DNA of 64,000 nucleotides from a virus (Duplodnaviria; Caudoviricetes): IMG/VR virus record IMGVR_UViG_2910013374_000001, positions 32,001 to 96,000 of that record; one strand, 5' to 3'. Shown piece by piece: positions 1 to 8,935 of this stretch (position 1 is its first letter; each line of letters starts with the position of its first letter). The notes under the pieces were generated by a model. It saw only the letters and a program-made list of their open reading frames with translations, ran no database searches and was not told where the DNA came from. The position numbers and the translations under genes were made by a program.

Positions 1-216
1 GCAGTCGACTTCGAAGCCACCAAGAGCCAGGCCATGAGCCTTGCAATCCTGGCAATCAACGCCGCAGGCTTTACCGCCAAGGAAGCATTCGAAGCCGTGA
101 TCGGCGAGGGCCGCTGGGACATGCTCCCCGCAGATTGCACAGAGGAGGCCGTGATGGCCGCAGTGTTCGCTGACATCCCCCTCGAGCTGCAGCAAGCCAT
201 GGCCGCCGCCGCCTGA
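1..216 (+). CDS. Hypothetical phage protein (probably 5'-truncated by the window edge)
   Basis: Frame open from base 1 to TGA at 216; typical codon usage. Confidence 0.6.
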   Translation, partial: AVDFEATKSQAMSLAILAINAAGFTAKEAFEAVIGEGRWDMLPADCTEEAVMAAVFADIPLELQQAMAAAA

Positions 217-269
217 CCTGAACGGGTTCTTCGGAACCTTTCCCTGTAACCATTCGCACCCTGACAACA

Positions 270-599
270 ATGGCCAAGAAGAAAGCCGCCACACCCAAGC
301 CCACCGCGCTCACAGCCACCGCCGAGAGCGGCGAGGTGTTCACCCGCAAGACCAAGAACACCTACACCCACGCGGTCTACATGGAGGCCACCATGAGCGA
401 TGGCCGGGTCGTGAACTACACGCCCTCCTGGGTTGGACGTCCTGACCTGGTGGAGAAGGCCATGAAGCGGGTCACGGCTCTGGCCGGCTACCGCCAGGGC
501 AAAGAGCTCCTCGAGTTCGACCGGGAGAACGGAGGCACGATCGCCACTGGGATCTTCTTCGAGTCGGTTCGCGGTGTTGCTGTTCCGGTCAACGCCTGA
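270..599 (+). CDS. Hypothetical phage protein
   Basis: 109-aa ORF after an ACAACA leader; typical codon usage. Confidence 0.75.
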   Translation: MAKKKAATPKPTALTATAESGEVFTRKTKNTYTHAVYMEATMSDGRVVNYTPSWVGRPDLVEKAMKRVTALAGYRQGKELLEFDRENGGTIATGIFFESVRGVAVPVNA

Positions 600-754
600 T
601 GACCTACCAAGTCCGCCTCATCGAGTCCGCCACAGGCCAGGTTTTCGCCCGCGTCGTGCTGGTGGATCCCGATGGGGCGGAGCACCCCTCCAAGCATCGG
701 GGCACCCTGCACCGCACAGCTCAGGGGACGCCAGTCGTTAAGCCGCGGCCATGA
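599..754 (+). CDS. Small hypothetical protein (51 aa, MTYQVRLIES...)
   Basis: TGATG overlap with the upstream stop; below the ORF-track cutoff. Confidence 0.45.
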   Translation: MTYQVRLIESATGQVFARVVLVDPDGAEHPSKHRGTLHRTAQGTPVVKPRP

Positions 755-782
755 GCAGCGGCTCTCGGGCCCGCCGAAAGAT

Positions 783-859
783 CCTCAGCGAAGTCTCAGC
801 CGGATTCTCAGCGAACTCTCATCCCTGCTGCTGACACCACGTCCCTCAGGATCTACACT
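783..859 (+). promoter_or_regulatory. Early sigma70-like promoter with phased TCTCAG boxes
   Basis: CTGACA(831)-17 nt spacer starting CCACGTCC-TACACT(854); four TCTCAG-like boxes upstream at 11-12 bp spacing. Confidence 0.7.
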
Positions 860-886
860 GGAGGAGTCCACAAGACACCCAACAAC

Positions 887-1111
887 ATGACCAAGACCGA
901 GACCAAGGCTGCAGCATTGATCGCCGCGATCACCGCCTACGCCGCTGAGTTCATTCAGGCCGGCGACTGCGCCGGATTCCTTGAGGACTTCGCCATCAAC
1001 GCAGGCGTCGAGATCGATGAGCTCACCGACACGCTGCAGGACAACGCGGACCAGCTCAAGGAGATGCGCCTCGCCGATGAGTTCGCCGATGAGCAGGCCG
1101 AGGGAGCCTGA
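887..1111 (+). CDS. Small acidic hypothetical protein
   Basis: 74-aa ORF directly downstream of a promoter. Confidence 0.75.
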   Translation: MTKTETKAAALIAAITAYAAEFIQAGDCAGFLEDFAINAGVEIDELTDTLQDNADQLKEMRLADEFADEQAEGA

Positions 1112-1163
1112 TCCCGCGGGCCCTTCTGGGCCCTTCTTCTGTTCGAGTTCTAACCGCAACAAC

Positions 1164-1388
1164 ATGAAACAGACCAAGACCCACAGCGCCACAGGCCGCC
1201 CGCTCTACATGACCACCGAGTGGTGGTTCTCCGCCTACAACCCCGAGGGCTGGTGGGCGAAATACCACCCCGAGTGTCTGGACAGCCTGGACACGATCGC
1301 CAGCCGCCCAAGCCTCGATCCCTGGGGCCACGAGGACAAGCGGGACATGATCCACCCGAGACAGCAGGCCATGGCCGGCCAGCGCTGA
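1164..1388 (+). CDS. Hypothetical protein (MKQTKTHS...)
   Basis: ATG after CAACAAC leader within ORF 981..1388. Confidence 0.6.
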   Translation: MKQTKTHSATGRPLYMTTEWWFSAYNPEGWWAKYHPECLDSLDTIASRPSLDPWGHEDKRDMIHPRQQAMAGQR

Positions 1389-1450
1389 TCACCTGGGCCC
1401 TTCGGGGCCCATAGCCTGTCACCATTCGAACCCCAACAACCCCAACAACA
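1385..1450 (+). repeat. 66-bp intergenic cassette, copy 1 (GGGCCC-TTCG-GGGCCC hairpin plus CCAACAA leader)
   Basis: Identical to 2056..2121 except one base. Confidence 0.9.
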
Positions 1451-1453
1451 ATC

Positions 1454-1663
1454 ATGACCGCTCCACTCTTTACCGCCACCGACTCCTTCCTCTGGGATCT
1501 CGAGATGGCTGACATGTCCGACGATCAGTTGATCGCTGTCGTCCGCGGCCTGTATCACACAGCACCACACGGCAAGGTTCGCGCCATGGTCGATGAGCTC
1601 CACCACCGCTTCGGCTTTGACGTGGCCAACCACGTCATCGGGACGGCTCACCTCAACGCCTGA
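1454..1663 (+). CDS. Hypothetical protein
   Basis: 69-aa ORF following the cassette leader. Confidence 0.7.
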   Translation: MTAPLFTATDSFLWDLEMADMSDDQLIAVVRGLYHTAPHGKVRAMVDELHHRFGFDVANHVIGTAHLNA

Positions 1664-1726
1664 TCCACCTGGGCCCTTCGTGGCCCTTTCCTATAGGCGC
1701 CATGTCAGATCGCCGACGCTGCCGAT

Positions 1727-1781
1727 TCTCAGCCAGCTCTCAGCTTGCAGTGTTGACACCACGTCCACCAAGGGCGATACT
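1727..1781 (+). promoter_or_regulatory. Early sigma70-like promoter with phased TCTCAG boxes
   Basis: TCTCAG-5-TCTCAG-9-TTGACA(1753)-CCACGTCC..17 nt-GATACT. Confidence 0.75.
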
Positions 1782-1807
1782 TAAGGAGTCCCCGAAAGAA
1801 CCGGAAC

Positions 1808-2059
1808 ATGACCAAGTCCACCGCCTTCGATTACACCGCCGTCGGTCGCCTCACAGCCATCCACGGTCGCTTGGCTGTCATCACCGTCACACGCGGTGAG
1901 ATGCAGCCACTGGAGGTCGAGTTCCTGATCAAGAAGGAGATCGAGACCAAGGAGATCGGCGCTTATGTCGGCGCTGTCGGCAAGGTTCGCCTCGTCGATG
2001 GCAAGTTCTGCGGCGTTGCCCGCAACCTGACCCGCCTGGGCAAGCCAAAGGCCGCCTGA
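1808..2059 (+). CDS. Hypothetical beta-rich protein (possible OB-like fold)
   Basis: 83-aa ORF behind promoter; beta-strand pattern. Confidence 0.7.
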   Translation: MTKSTAFDYTAVGRLTAIHGRLAVITVTRGEMQPLEVEFLIKKEIETKEIGAYVGAVGKVRLVDGKFCGVARNLTRLGKPKAA

Positions 2060-2121
2060 TCACCTGGGCCCTTCGGGGCCCATAGCCTGTCACTATTCGA
2101 ACCCCAACAACCCCAACAACA
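2056..2121 (+). repeat. 66-bp intergenic cassette, copy 2
   Basis: Matches 1385..1450. Confidence 0.9.
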
Positions 2122-2123
2122 TC

Positions 2124-2546
2124 ATGGCCACGAGATCTGCAATCGGTTACAAGCTCCCCAACGGCAACATCAGAGCCAGCTACTGCCACTGGGATGGCAA
2201 TCCCGAGCACCAGCTCCCCATCCTCACCGAGCACTACACCACAGCCGAGGCCGTCGTGGCCTTGGTGGCCCATGGCTCGATGAGCCAGCTCCGCACCCGC
2301 AGCACCTGGGACAACGGCTCTGTCCTTCGCGACGCACAAGGCGGCTTCGTGCGTGACGCCGAAGGCCTCTTGCGCTACGAGACCGAGCAGGAGCCTGGCC
2401 CGCTCTATCACTGCGAGCGCGGCGACGGTATGGAGCCAATCACCAGCAACTATCCCGCGAACTGCTGGGATGAGCTGATGGACATTGAGCACCTCTATGT
2501 CTTCCACCCTGAGCACAGCTACTGGGAGCACGTCGAACAGGACTGA
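2124..2546 (+). CDS. Conserved phage protein with YCHWDG motif
   Basis: MATRSAIG...YCHWDGNP...EHLYVF pattern of a widespread uncharacterised phage family. Confidence 0.8.
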   Translation: MATRSAIGYKLPNGNIRASYCHWDGNPEHQLPILTEHYTTAEAVVALVAHGSMSQLRTRSTWDNGSVLRDAQGGFVRDAEGLLRYETEQEPGPLYHCERGDGMEPITSNYPANCWDELMDIEHLYVFHPEHSYWEHVEQD

Positions 2547-2552
2547 GACACC

Positions 2553-2574
2553 GGGCCTAAGGGCCCTTTTTTTT
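2553..2574 (+). terminator. Intrinsic terminator
   Basis: GGGCC-TAAG-GGCCC followed by T8. Confidence 0.85.
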
Positions 2575-2662
2575 GTGCCTCGTGTTTTCGCTTCCGGGAG
2601 CAGCTGCGCGGGGGCCGCGGCTTAGCGCCCTCGGAATCCTGCGCTGTTCTTACAAGCGCGTC

Positions 2663-2872
2663 ATGGACATCAAAGCCTGCGGAAAATGTGGCGCCAAGTG
2701 GATTGATGGGCAGCTGTATTGGTCCACCGGAGCCAAGGCAAAAGAGGAGGACCTCGCTGGCCTGGTCTGCAACACCCTCGGCGACAAGCAGTGCATCAAC
2801 CCGATGCGCGGCAACGACACCGGCACCACCTGGGCCAAGCGCATGGACGCCATCAACGAGCTCGACGAATAG
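2663..2872 (+). CDS. Small Cys-containing protein of a cyanobacterial/cyanophage family
   Basis: CGKCGAKWIDGQLYWSTG...DLAGLVCN...CINP; ATG 31 nt after CGGAATCCT motif (2632). Confidence 0.8.
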   Translation: MDIKACGKCGAKWIDGQLYWSTGAKAKEEDLAGLVCNTLGDKQCINPMRGNDTGTTWAKRMDAINELDE

Positions 2873-2905
2873 CCAGGCGCCGGAACACTTGTGCGCTGAG
2901 ATTTG

Positions 2906-5900
2906 GTGCAAGTGGCAGGTACTGGAGCTGATCTTGAGAATTCCACCCTGGCCTGGGTCGACAAGCTCGACGGGCTAGGTGATGGCACCACGAAAGCTCA
3001 GAACGCAATCCTGGCCAACAGCGCCGAGCAGATGCTCGCTGAGCTGCGCAAGTCCTACACAAAACTCGCTGACGAGAAAGCCAAGGACCCCAACAGCAGG
3101 TCCCAGATCTACACCTCGCAGCAACTGGCCAACAGGATCGAGAGCACGATCGAACTGTTGCCGGCCAAGCAGCGCAAGGCACTTGAGGGCCTTTATGACG
3201 CCGAACTGAAGAAGGCCGACCGACTGGGTCGTGAGTCAGGCGTTGATCTCAACAACATCCTCAAAAACAGAGACAAGACCCTCAATCAGAACGCCAAGCC
3301 AAACGTCGATGCCGTCAACGCAGCCAACAGGCGGCTGAACCAGTTCTGGCAGAAGGAAAACTCGCAATTCACCGATCGGGTGAAGGCGATGACTCGCAAC
3401 GCCGCAGCCCAGGGCATGAGCTGGCGGCAGCTGAGCAAGAACATCCGCGAACTGCTGATCCTTGAGGAGAAGCAGGGCACACAGAGCGACAGGTCCAAGG
3501 CCGTCAACAAGCGATTCGGCATCCCAGGACGGGCCGAGATGATTGCCAGAACAGAGCTCTCCAACGTCTACATCGGCGGAAAGCTCGATTCATACAGAGA
3601 GATGGGATACGACCACGTCAGGTGGTCCGCTGCAGCCGAGCGCACCTGCGGCTTTTGCATGAGCCGTGACGGGCTGGTCTATCCAGCCGAGGAGATCGAG
3701 AGCGCAATCCCTGCGCACCCTCGCTGCCGCTGCGACCTCATCCCGGTCGATGTGCCCAAGGACATGAAGGGCAAGAAGATCACGCCCAAGCAGGCCGCTG
3801 AGGAGCTCGACGATGGCTACTGGTCCAATTCCAGGAAGCAGAAGCTCGACCAGTGGAAGAAGGAGCAGAACCTCAACAAGAGAGGCGAGCCCAAGTCGAT
3901 CCTCAAGAGCAACAGCGAACTTGACCAGGCTCTGCGCAACTACGCCCAGACGCCCACCAACACGCAGAACTATTTGCGCCCAGGCCAGCCGGCTTCCCCT
4001 CCCCTGTATGCGCCAAGCGGCAGCATCATTCCCGATGTCGAGGTGGCGGCCACAGCGGCCAAGCAAGCCGCAGCGGATGAGACCAATCGCGTCGAGAGAA
4101 AGCGGCTAGAGGCTGAGGCCCAGAAGCTCAGGGACACAGAGGTTCAAGAGCGCCCAAGCGAGGAATTCACCCACCAGCGATTCAGCGACGCGGACGGAGA
4201 GCCAGGGCCCAATACCCGTTGGACCAAGGAGCGGCAGAAGCTGCACGACAAGATCCTCAACGAATTCCTGAAGAACGGGGTGGTCAGCAAGAACCCCACC
4301 TTCACCATGTCTGGTGGTGGCCCTGCCTCAGGCAAGGGCTTCATGTTGAAGAAGACCGGCCTGGATCAACCCGGCAAGGTCGTGATCGACGCGGACGAGA
4401 TCAAGAAACTCATCCCTGAGTACGCCAAGGCACAGAAGACAGGCGGCAAGGCACAGCAGGCAGCAGCGGGTCTGGTGCACGAGGAATCGAGCTACCTGGC
4501 CAAGCGGATCATGAGCGAGGCCTCCAAGCGCAAGTTCGACGTCGTTCTCGATGGAACAGGGGACAGCGGCATCAAGTCCCTGTCTAAGAAGGTTCAGAAG
4601 ATGCGCGACCAGGGCTACAGGGTCGAGGCCAAGTACGTCAGCGCCGACACAAACACTGCAGCGCAACGCAACTGGGATCGTTTCCTCAAGACCGGACGCC
4701 TTCCACCCGAGTGGATGCTCCGCAACGTTCACGCCGATGTCTCCAAAACTCTCCCTGAAGCCATCAAGAAGGGGATCTTCGACAAGGTCGAGCTCTACGA
4801 CACCAACAAGTCGGGCGAACTGCGCAAGGTCATCACACAGGTGGGCGGCAAGAAGCCAACCATCAACGATCCGAAGCTCTGGGATGACTTCCTGAACAAG
4901 GCCAAGGCCCCTCAGGTCACTAAGGAACAAGGCGACGCAATGATCGCCAAGCGCAAGGCCGACATGCAAGCGGCCAAGGCACCAAAGAAGGCTCCTCAGG
5001 CAATCATCGATGCGGGCCTCGAGCAGGGCTGGAAGCTGATGGCCGAGCAGCCGGCACAGCAGGCCAAGCTCCTCGCCAAGGTCGAGGGCATTGCAGCCAA
5101 GGCCAAGCGCACCGAGGCGCTCAAGCCGATCAAGGCCAAGAAGTCAGCTGAGACCCAGGAACGCAAGAAGGACTACTACGACGAGGTCGTGTGGAGGGCT
5201 GAGCAGTTCGGGATCAGCATCAAAGCGGCCACAGGTGCTTACGCCAAGGCGATCAAAGAATCGGGCATGAAGCCCGGCGCTGACTACAACGAGGCCATCG
5301 ATAACGCGTTCATGAGCGCGATGAGGAAGGCCGGTGAGGCGGCCAGGAAGGACGCACTGAGGGGAATCAAGGCCAAGAACTCAGCCAAGGTCGCTAGCGC
5401 GAAGGAGGACTACCTCGACGAGATCGACTATCGGGTCAAGACCAACAAGATCACCCGCGCAGAAGCGATCGACGTCTACGCCAAGGCGGTCAAGAAGACC
5501 AAGTTCAAGAACGGACGCTCGGGCGAAGACCTCGAGGACGATTTCTTCTCAGCGATCAGCAAGGAAGCCAAAGAGCAATTCGCCAAGACCGGCATCGACA
5601 CCAAGAAGATGGTCGCGGAAGCCAGGGCGGAAGCACTCGCGAAGAAGCAGGCCAGGAATCTGGGCACGGTCGACACTGCGAAGACTGCAGGGCCAGCAGC
5701 AACCAAGGGCACCTTCAAGGGCAAGACCTCAGCGGATCGCGTCGCTGAGCAGAAGCTGCTGATGAAGGACAGCTTCGATGGTGGGCTCACACGTCAGGGC
5801 ATCAAGGACACCTTCAACACGTTGGCATCGGCCAGCGGTGCATCGGGCGCGAACTTCCGGAAGCTGATGGATTTCGCGGAGAGATACAACATCTCCACGG

Positions 5901-8155
5901 TCATGGGCTCCGGCGGACAAACAGCAGCTCAGATGCCGTATGCAACGCGGGGCAAGTGGGCCAAGCAGCTCGAGAGCTCGATCAAGTCCTCTCAGGCACG
6001 AGGCGACAGCTCGAATCGGTCATGGCAAGACACCGCCCTGCTCGAAATCAAGAACAGGCGCAAGGGCAGCAACGCCGGCACTCCACTACTCGACCGGGAC
6101 CTGGGCATCGACCCCACCTTCGGAGTCAACGGCACAACAGCAAAGGGCTGGGGATTCACCAAGGTCAAGACCCTGGCAACCGACAGACCAATCGATCGCG
6201 GCACCTTCGAAAAGATGCGCTCAAACATCGAGAAGGGCATCAGGGACGCAGCGGACTTCAACGCACCGGCAAACGTCAAGTCAGGGGTGGGCAACCGGAT
6301 GATCAAGGGCCCCAATGGCCAGGTCCTCCAGCGCGGTGATCACGACTGGCTGCTCACCCATGTCCACGAAATGGGCCACCAGATCCACTTCGCGGCAGGT
6401 TCTCCCAAGTACCGCGGCAAGGATCGTTACTCCCCGAGCCAATACGGCAGGACCAACAAGGAGGAGTGGTTCGCGGAAACTCTCGTCCAGTACACGATCG
6501 CCCCCAACGCACTGAAGACGGCCTCACCCGAGGCGTTCAAGTTCGTGGACAAGATCGTGAAGCGGGCGATGTCGGACACCCCAGGCCGGGTGAACCGCTG
6601 GGCAAACAACGGCACCGTCAAGCCGGACGACCTGTTCAACCCAGCCGAGGTGCTGGCCAAGCAGAAGGGCGCCACGGTGCCGCAACTGAAGGCGATGGCC
6701 AAGGAAGCCGGACTGAAGGGCTACTCGAAACTGACCAAGCCGCAGCTCGTCGAGGCCCTCTCAAAGACAAGATCTGCGGGTACGCCTGCCCCTGCAAAGA
6801 CACAGTCTTCCCCTACAGGCACACCTGCAAAGCCAAAGGCTGCAGCTAAGACCCCAGAGGTCAAGCCGGTCGACTACGGCAAGAAAACCGTCAAGCAACT
6901 GCAGGCTGAAGCCAAGGCCAATGGACTGAAGGGCTACTCAAAGCTGAAGAAGCCCGACCTCGTCAAGGTCCTGGAGGAGGCAACAGCTGCGCCTAAGGCT
7001 GCAGGCATCAAGACCAGCAAGGCCAAGGCCAAGAAGAACCTGACGCAGGCGGAGAAGGACTTCAAGCTCGTCAATGAGCAGCTCGGCCTGAGCAAGGAGC
7101 AGTGGAGCAGCAAGAGCGACGCTGCCAAGACGCTCACGCTGAAGACGGCCGCCAAGAAAGCGGCTGCGCCCAAGCTCACCGCTGCTGAGGTGAAAGCGAA
7201 GGAAGCCAAGGCGAAGTACGAGGCAGCCCTCGAGGCCAAGGCTCAGAAGAAGCTCGCGGCTGACATCGCCAAGCTCGACGCTGAGGTGGCCGCCAAGGCC
7301 GCCAAGGCTGCAGCGAAGAGCGCCAATAAGGCTGTCGAGGATCAGATCGCGGCGATCAATAAGGAGATCAAGGCGATCTCACAGAAGGCGCTCACGGGCC
7401 AGAAGGTGACCGCAGCAGAGCAGAAACGCGCAGCCGAACTGCAAAAGCAGAAGCGCGAGCTCATGCAGGAGGAGCCGGGCGACGTTGTCACGAAGATCGA
7501 TCGGACGACGACCGACGTCGAGCACATCTACCGGGCGAAAGACTTCAAGGCCTACGGCTACAACAGCCGGGCGGAGATGACCAGCGCCCTGCAGAAGGTG
7601 GCGGAGTACACCGACGAGGGCTACAAGCGATTCATGAATGCCCAATGGGCGCAGAAGCTGCAGGCAGGCGGCAAGTTGACCGCTTACGAGACAGCCAGGG
7701 CGAAGGAGGCGATCAAGAACAAGAACGCCCTCAAGCTGCAGAGGGACATGGAAGCAGCCGAAGAGCTCGAGAAGTTCATCGCCAAGGCGCCCAAGTACGA
7801 CGGATTGGTCATGCGCGGCTTGCACATGGCCGACGACGCGTCTGCTCTGCAGTTCATCAAGAACCTGGGCAAGGGCACGAAGACCAATTCGGTCGAGAGT
7901 TGGTCAGACGATTACGCCACCGCCGAGCAATTCTCAAATGGCCGCAAAGGCATGGTCGGGATTGTGCTCAGCGTGCAGAACAAGAGCGGCGTCCCGATTG
8001 CCGGCGCTTCCAACTTCTCCACGGAGAGCGAGGTTCTGGTGCCAAGTGGCCAGAGTTACCGGGTCAAGAACGTGACCAAGCGCATCGATGAGGATCTAGA
8101 GATCGGCGGCAATAAGCAGGTGATCTATGACGTCGACCTCGAGCTGATCGATTGA
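2906..8155 (+). CDS. MuF/SPP1 gp7-family minor head protein fused to zeta-toxin-like P-loop kinase, zincin metallopeptidase, two Rho-N helical domains and a VIP2/Alt-like ADP-ribosyltransferase
   Basis: MuF: RAEMIARTE...RTCGFC...PAHPRCRC; kinase: GGGPASGKG, VIDADEIK, DVVLDGTG; zincin: HEMGH, SQYGRTNKEEWFAE; Rho-N: TVxQLxAxAKxxGLKGYSKLxKxxLV twice; ART: VMRG, ESWS, ESEVL. Confidence 0.85.
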   Translation: MQVAGTGADLENSTLAWVDKLDGLGDGTTKAQNAILANSAEQMLAELRKSYTKLADEKAKDPNSRSQIYTSQQLANRIESTIELLPAKQRKALEGLYDAELKKADRLGRESGVDLNNILKNRDKTLNQNAKPNVDAVNAANRRLNQFWQKENSQFTDRVKAMTRNAAAQGMSWRQLSKNIRELLILEEKQGTQSDRSKAVNKRFGIPGRAEMIARTELSNVYIGGKLDSYREMGYDHVRWSAAAERTCGFCMSRDGLVYPAEEIESAIPAHPRCRCDLIPVDVPKDMKGKKITPKQAAEELDDGYWSNSRKQKLDQWKKEQNLNKRGEPKSILKSNSELDQALRNYAQTPTNTQNYLRPGQPASPPLYAPSGSIIPDVEVAATAAKQAAADETNRVERKRLEAEAQKLRDTEVQERPSEEFTHQRFSDADGEPGPNTRWTKERQKLHDKILNEFLKNGVVSKNPTFTMSGGGPASGKGFMLKKTGLDQPGKVVIDADEIKKLIPEYAKAQKTGGKAQQAAAGLVHEESSYLAKRIMSEASKRKFDVVLDGTGDSGIKSLSKKVQKMRDQGYRVEAKYVSADTNTAAQRNWDRFLKTGRLPPEWMLRNVHADVSKTLPEAIKKGIFDKVELYDTNKSGELRKVITQVGGKKPTINDPKLWDDFLNKAKAPQVTKEQGDAMIAKRKADMQAAKAPKKAPQAIIDAGLEQGWKLMAEQPAQQAKLLAKVEGIAAKAKRTEALKPIKAKKSAETQERKKDYYDEVVWRAEQFGISIKAATGAYAKAIKESGMKPGADYNEAIDNAFMSAMRKAGEAARKDALRGIKAKNSAKVASAKEDYLDEIDYRVKTNKITRAEAIDVYAKAVKKTKFKNGRSGEDLEDDFFSAISKEAKEQFAKTGIDTKKMVAEARAEALAKKQARNLGTVDTAKTAGPAATKGTFKGKTSADRVAEQKLLMKDSFDGGLTRQGIKDTFNTLASASGASGANFRKLMDFAERYNISTVMGSGGQTAAQMPYATRGKWAKQLESSIKSSQARGDSSNRSWQDTALLEIKNRRKGSNAGTPLLDRDLGIDPTFGVNGTTAKGWGFTKVKTLATDRPIDRGTFEKMRSNIEKGIRDAADFNAPANVKSGVGNRMIKGPNGQVLQRGDHDWLLTHVHEMGHQIHFAAGSPKYRGKDRYSPSQYGRTNKEEWFAETLVQYTIAPNALKTASPEAFKFVDKIVKRAMSDTPGRVNRWANNGTVKPDDLFNPAEVLAKQKGATVPQLKAMAKEAGLKGYSKLTKPQLVEALSKTRSAGTPAPAKTQSSPTGTPAKPKAAAKTPEVKPVDYGKKTVKQLQAEAKANGLKGYSKLKKPDLVKVLEEATAAPKAAGIKTSKAKAKKNLTQAEKDFKLVNEQLGLSKEQWSSKSDAAKTLTLKTAAKKAAAPKLTAAEVKAKEAKAKYEAALEAKAQKKLAADIAKLDAEVAAKAAKAAAKSANKAVEDQIAAINKEIKAISQKALTGQKVTAAEQKRAAELQKQKRELMQEEPGDVVTKIDRTTTDVEHIYRAKDFKAYGYNSRAEMTSALQKVAEYTDEGYKRFMNAQWAQKLQAGGKLTAYETARAKEAIKNKNALKLQRDMEAAEELEKFIAKAPKYDGLVMRGLHMADDASALQFIKNLGKGTKTNSVESWSDDYATAEQFSNGRKGMVGIVLSVQNKSGVPIAGASNFSTESEVLVPSGQSYRVKNVTKRIDEDLEIGGNKQVIYDVDLELID
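6751..6778 (+). repeat. Dispersed 28-bp element, copy 1 (core only, inside the MuF ORF)
   Basis: CGAGGCCCTCTCAAAGACAAGATCTGCG. Confidence 0.9.
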
Positions 8156-8156
8156 G

Positions 8157-8339
8157 TTAAGTGAGGTCGATGAAGTCGAAGCCCATCTCTTCGGCCATCG
8201 CTTCCATGAATCCAGGATCGCCGGCCCAGAGCTCTTTGCCGTCTTTGCCGGTGACCGGACCTGCCTCCTCTCGAGTGACGTGCGGATGCTCGGTGAACCT
8301 GCCTTCAGCGCCGTCGTCCGTGGGTCGTTCCTTGGTCAT
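8157..8339 (-). CDS. Small acidic protein convergent on the MuF gene (candidate antitoxin)
   Basis: 60-aa ORF; AGGAAACCT motif on - strand (8365-8373) 34 nt upstream of ATG. Confidence 0.7.
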   Translation of the reverse strand: MTKERPTDDGAEGRFTEHPHVTREEAGPVTGKDGKELWAGDPGFMEAMAEEMGFDFIDLT

Positions 8340-8410
8340 GCTCACAAGCTACCGGGTGCGGCCAAGGTTTCCTGTCAGCGGAACACTGCTGCGACTCATA
8401 GCTTGACGAC

Positions 8411-8617
8411 ATGGAATCCAATTTCGACAAAGCTCAGAAATTGGCGATGCGCTGGCCAAAGGACAAAACGATCCCAGCCAAGCTCGTCAAGCTCTACAAA
8501 GCAGAGAACGGTGATCCGATGGTGGGTCTGTTTTTTGAGGCGTTGTATGCAGCGGCCAATGGTCCGGAAGATCTGGAATTGATTGGCAGGGCACGCCTCG
8601 AAGAAGACGAGGAATAG
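8411..8617 (+). CDS. Small helical protein with acidic tail (candidate antitoxin)
   Basis: 68-aa ORF; CGGAACACT at 8379. Confidence 0.75.
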   Translation: MESNFDKAQKLAMRWPKDKTIPAKLVKLYKAENGDPMVGLFFEALYAAANGPEDLELIGRARLEEDEE

Positions 8618-8677
8618 GTGGACAGGGCCTGGCCGGAAGGTTAGACTTGACACGTCGTCCATCTGGAGACACATCCC

Positions 8678-8878
8678 ATGACGCTCAGCGCCGAAGAAAT
8701 GGAACGGATCGTGACCCAGGTGTCGCGAGGAGAAGAGCTTTCTGGGCGCGAGTCAGGGGAAGCTGCAGAGTTTCGCGCTGGTGTGACGCAAGAAGTCGAT
8801 CAAGCCCGCGAGATCGCTGAAGAGCTGGGCTTGGACTTCCAGGTGGAGATCCCGAACGAAACCCCCTTGATGTGGTGA
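8678..8878 (+). CDS. Small acidic protein (candidate antitoxin)
   Basis: 66-aa ORF; CGGAAGGTT at 8634, GGAGA SD. Confidence 0.75.
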   Translation: MTLSAEEMERIVTQVSRGEELSGRESGEAAEFRAGVTQEVDQAREIAEELGLDFQVEIPNETPLMW

Positions 8879-8882
8879 CATG

Positions 8883-8903
8883 AAAAAGGGCCCGAAGGCC
8901 CTT
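8883..8903 (-). terminator. Intrinsic terminator for the DUF4278 gene (possibly bidirectional)
   Basis: On - strand GGGCC-TTCG-GGCCC-TTTTT, between convergent genes. Confidence 0.8.
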
Positions 8904-8935
8904 GGTTGCTCAGAGAAGCGGGTTGATCACCGCGT

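Noticed and set aside
1454-1663. NblA-like phycobilisome degradation protein
   Set aside because: Only MSDDQL resembles NblA; the LxLEQxF and C-terminal motifs are missing
8647-8675. Additional early promoter TTGACACGTCGTCCATCTGG, similar to the one at 14233
   Set aside because: Poor -10 (CACATC), no TCTCAG boxes, and the TSS would fall beyond the ATG at 8678; at most a relic
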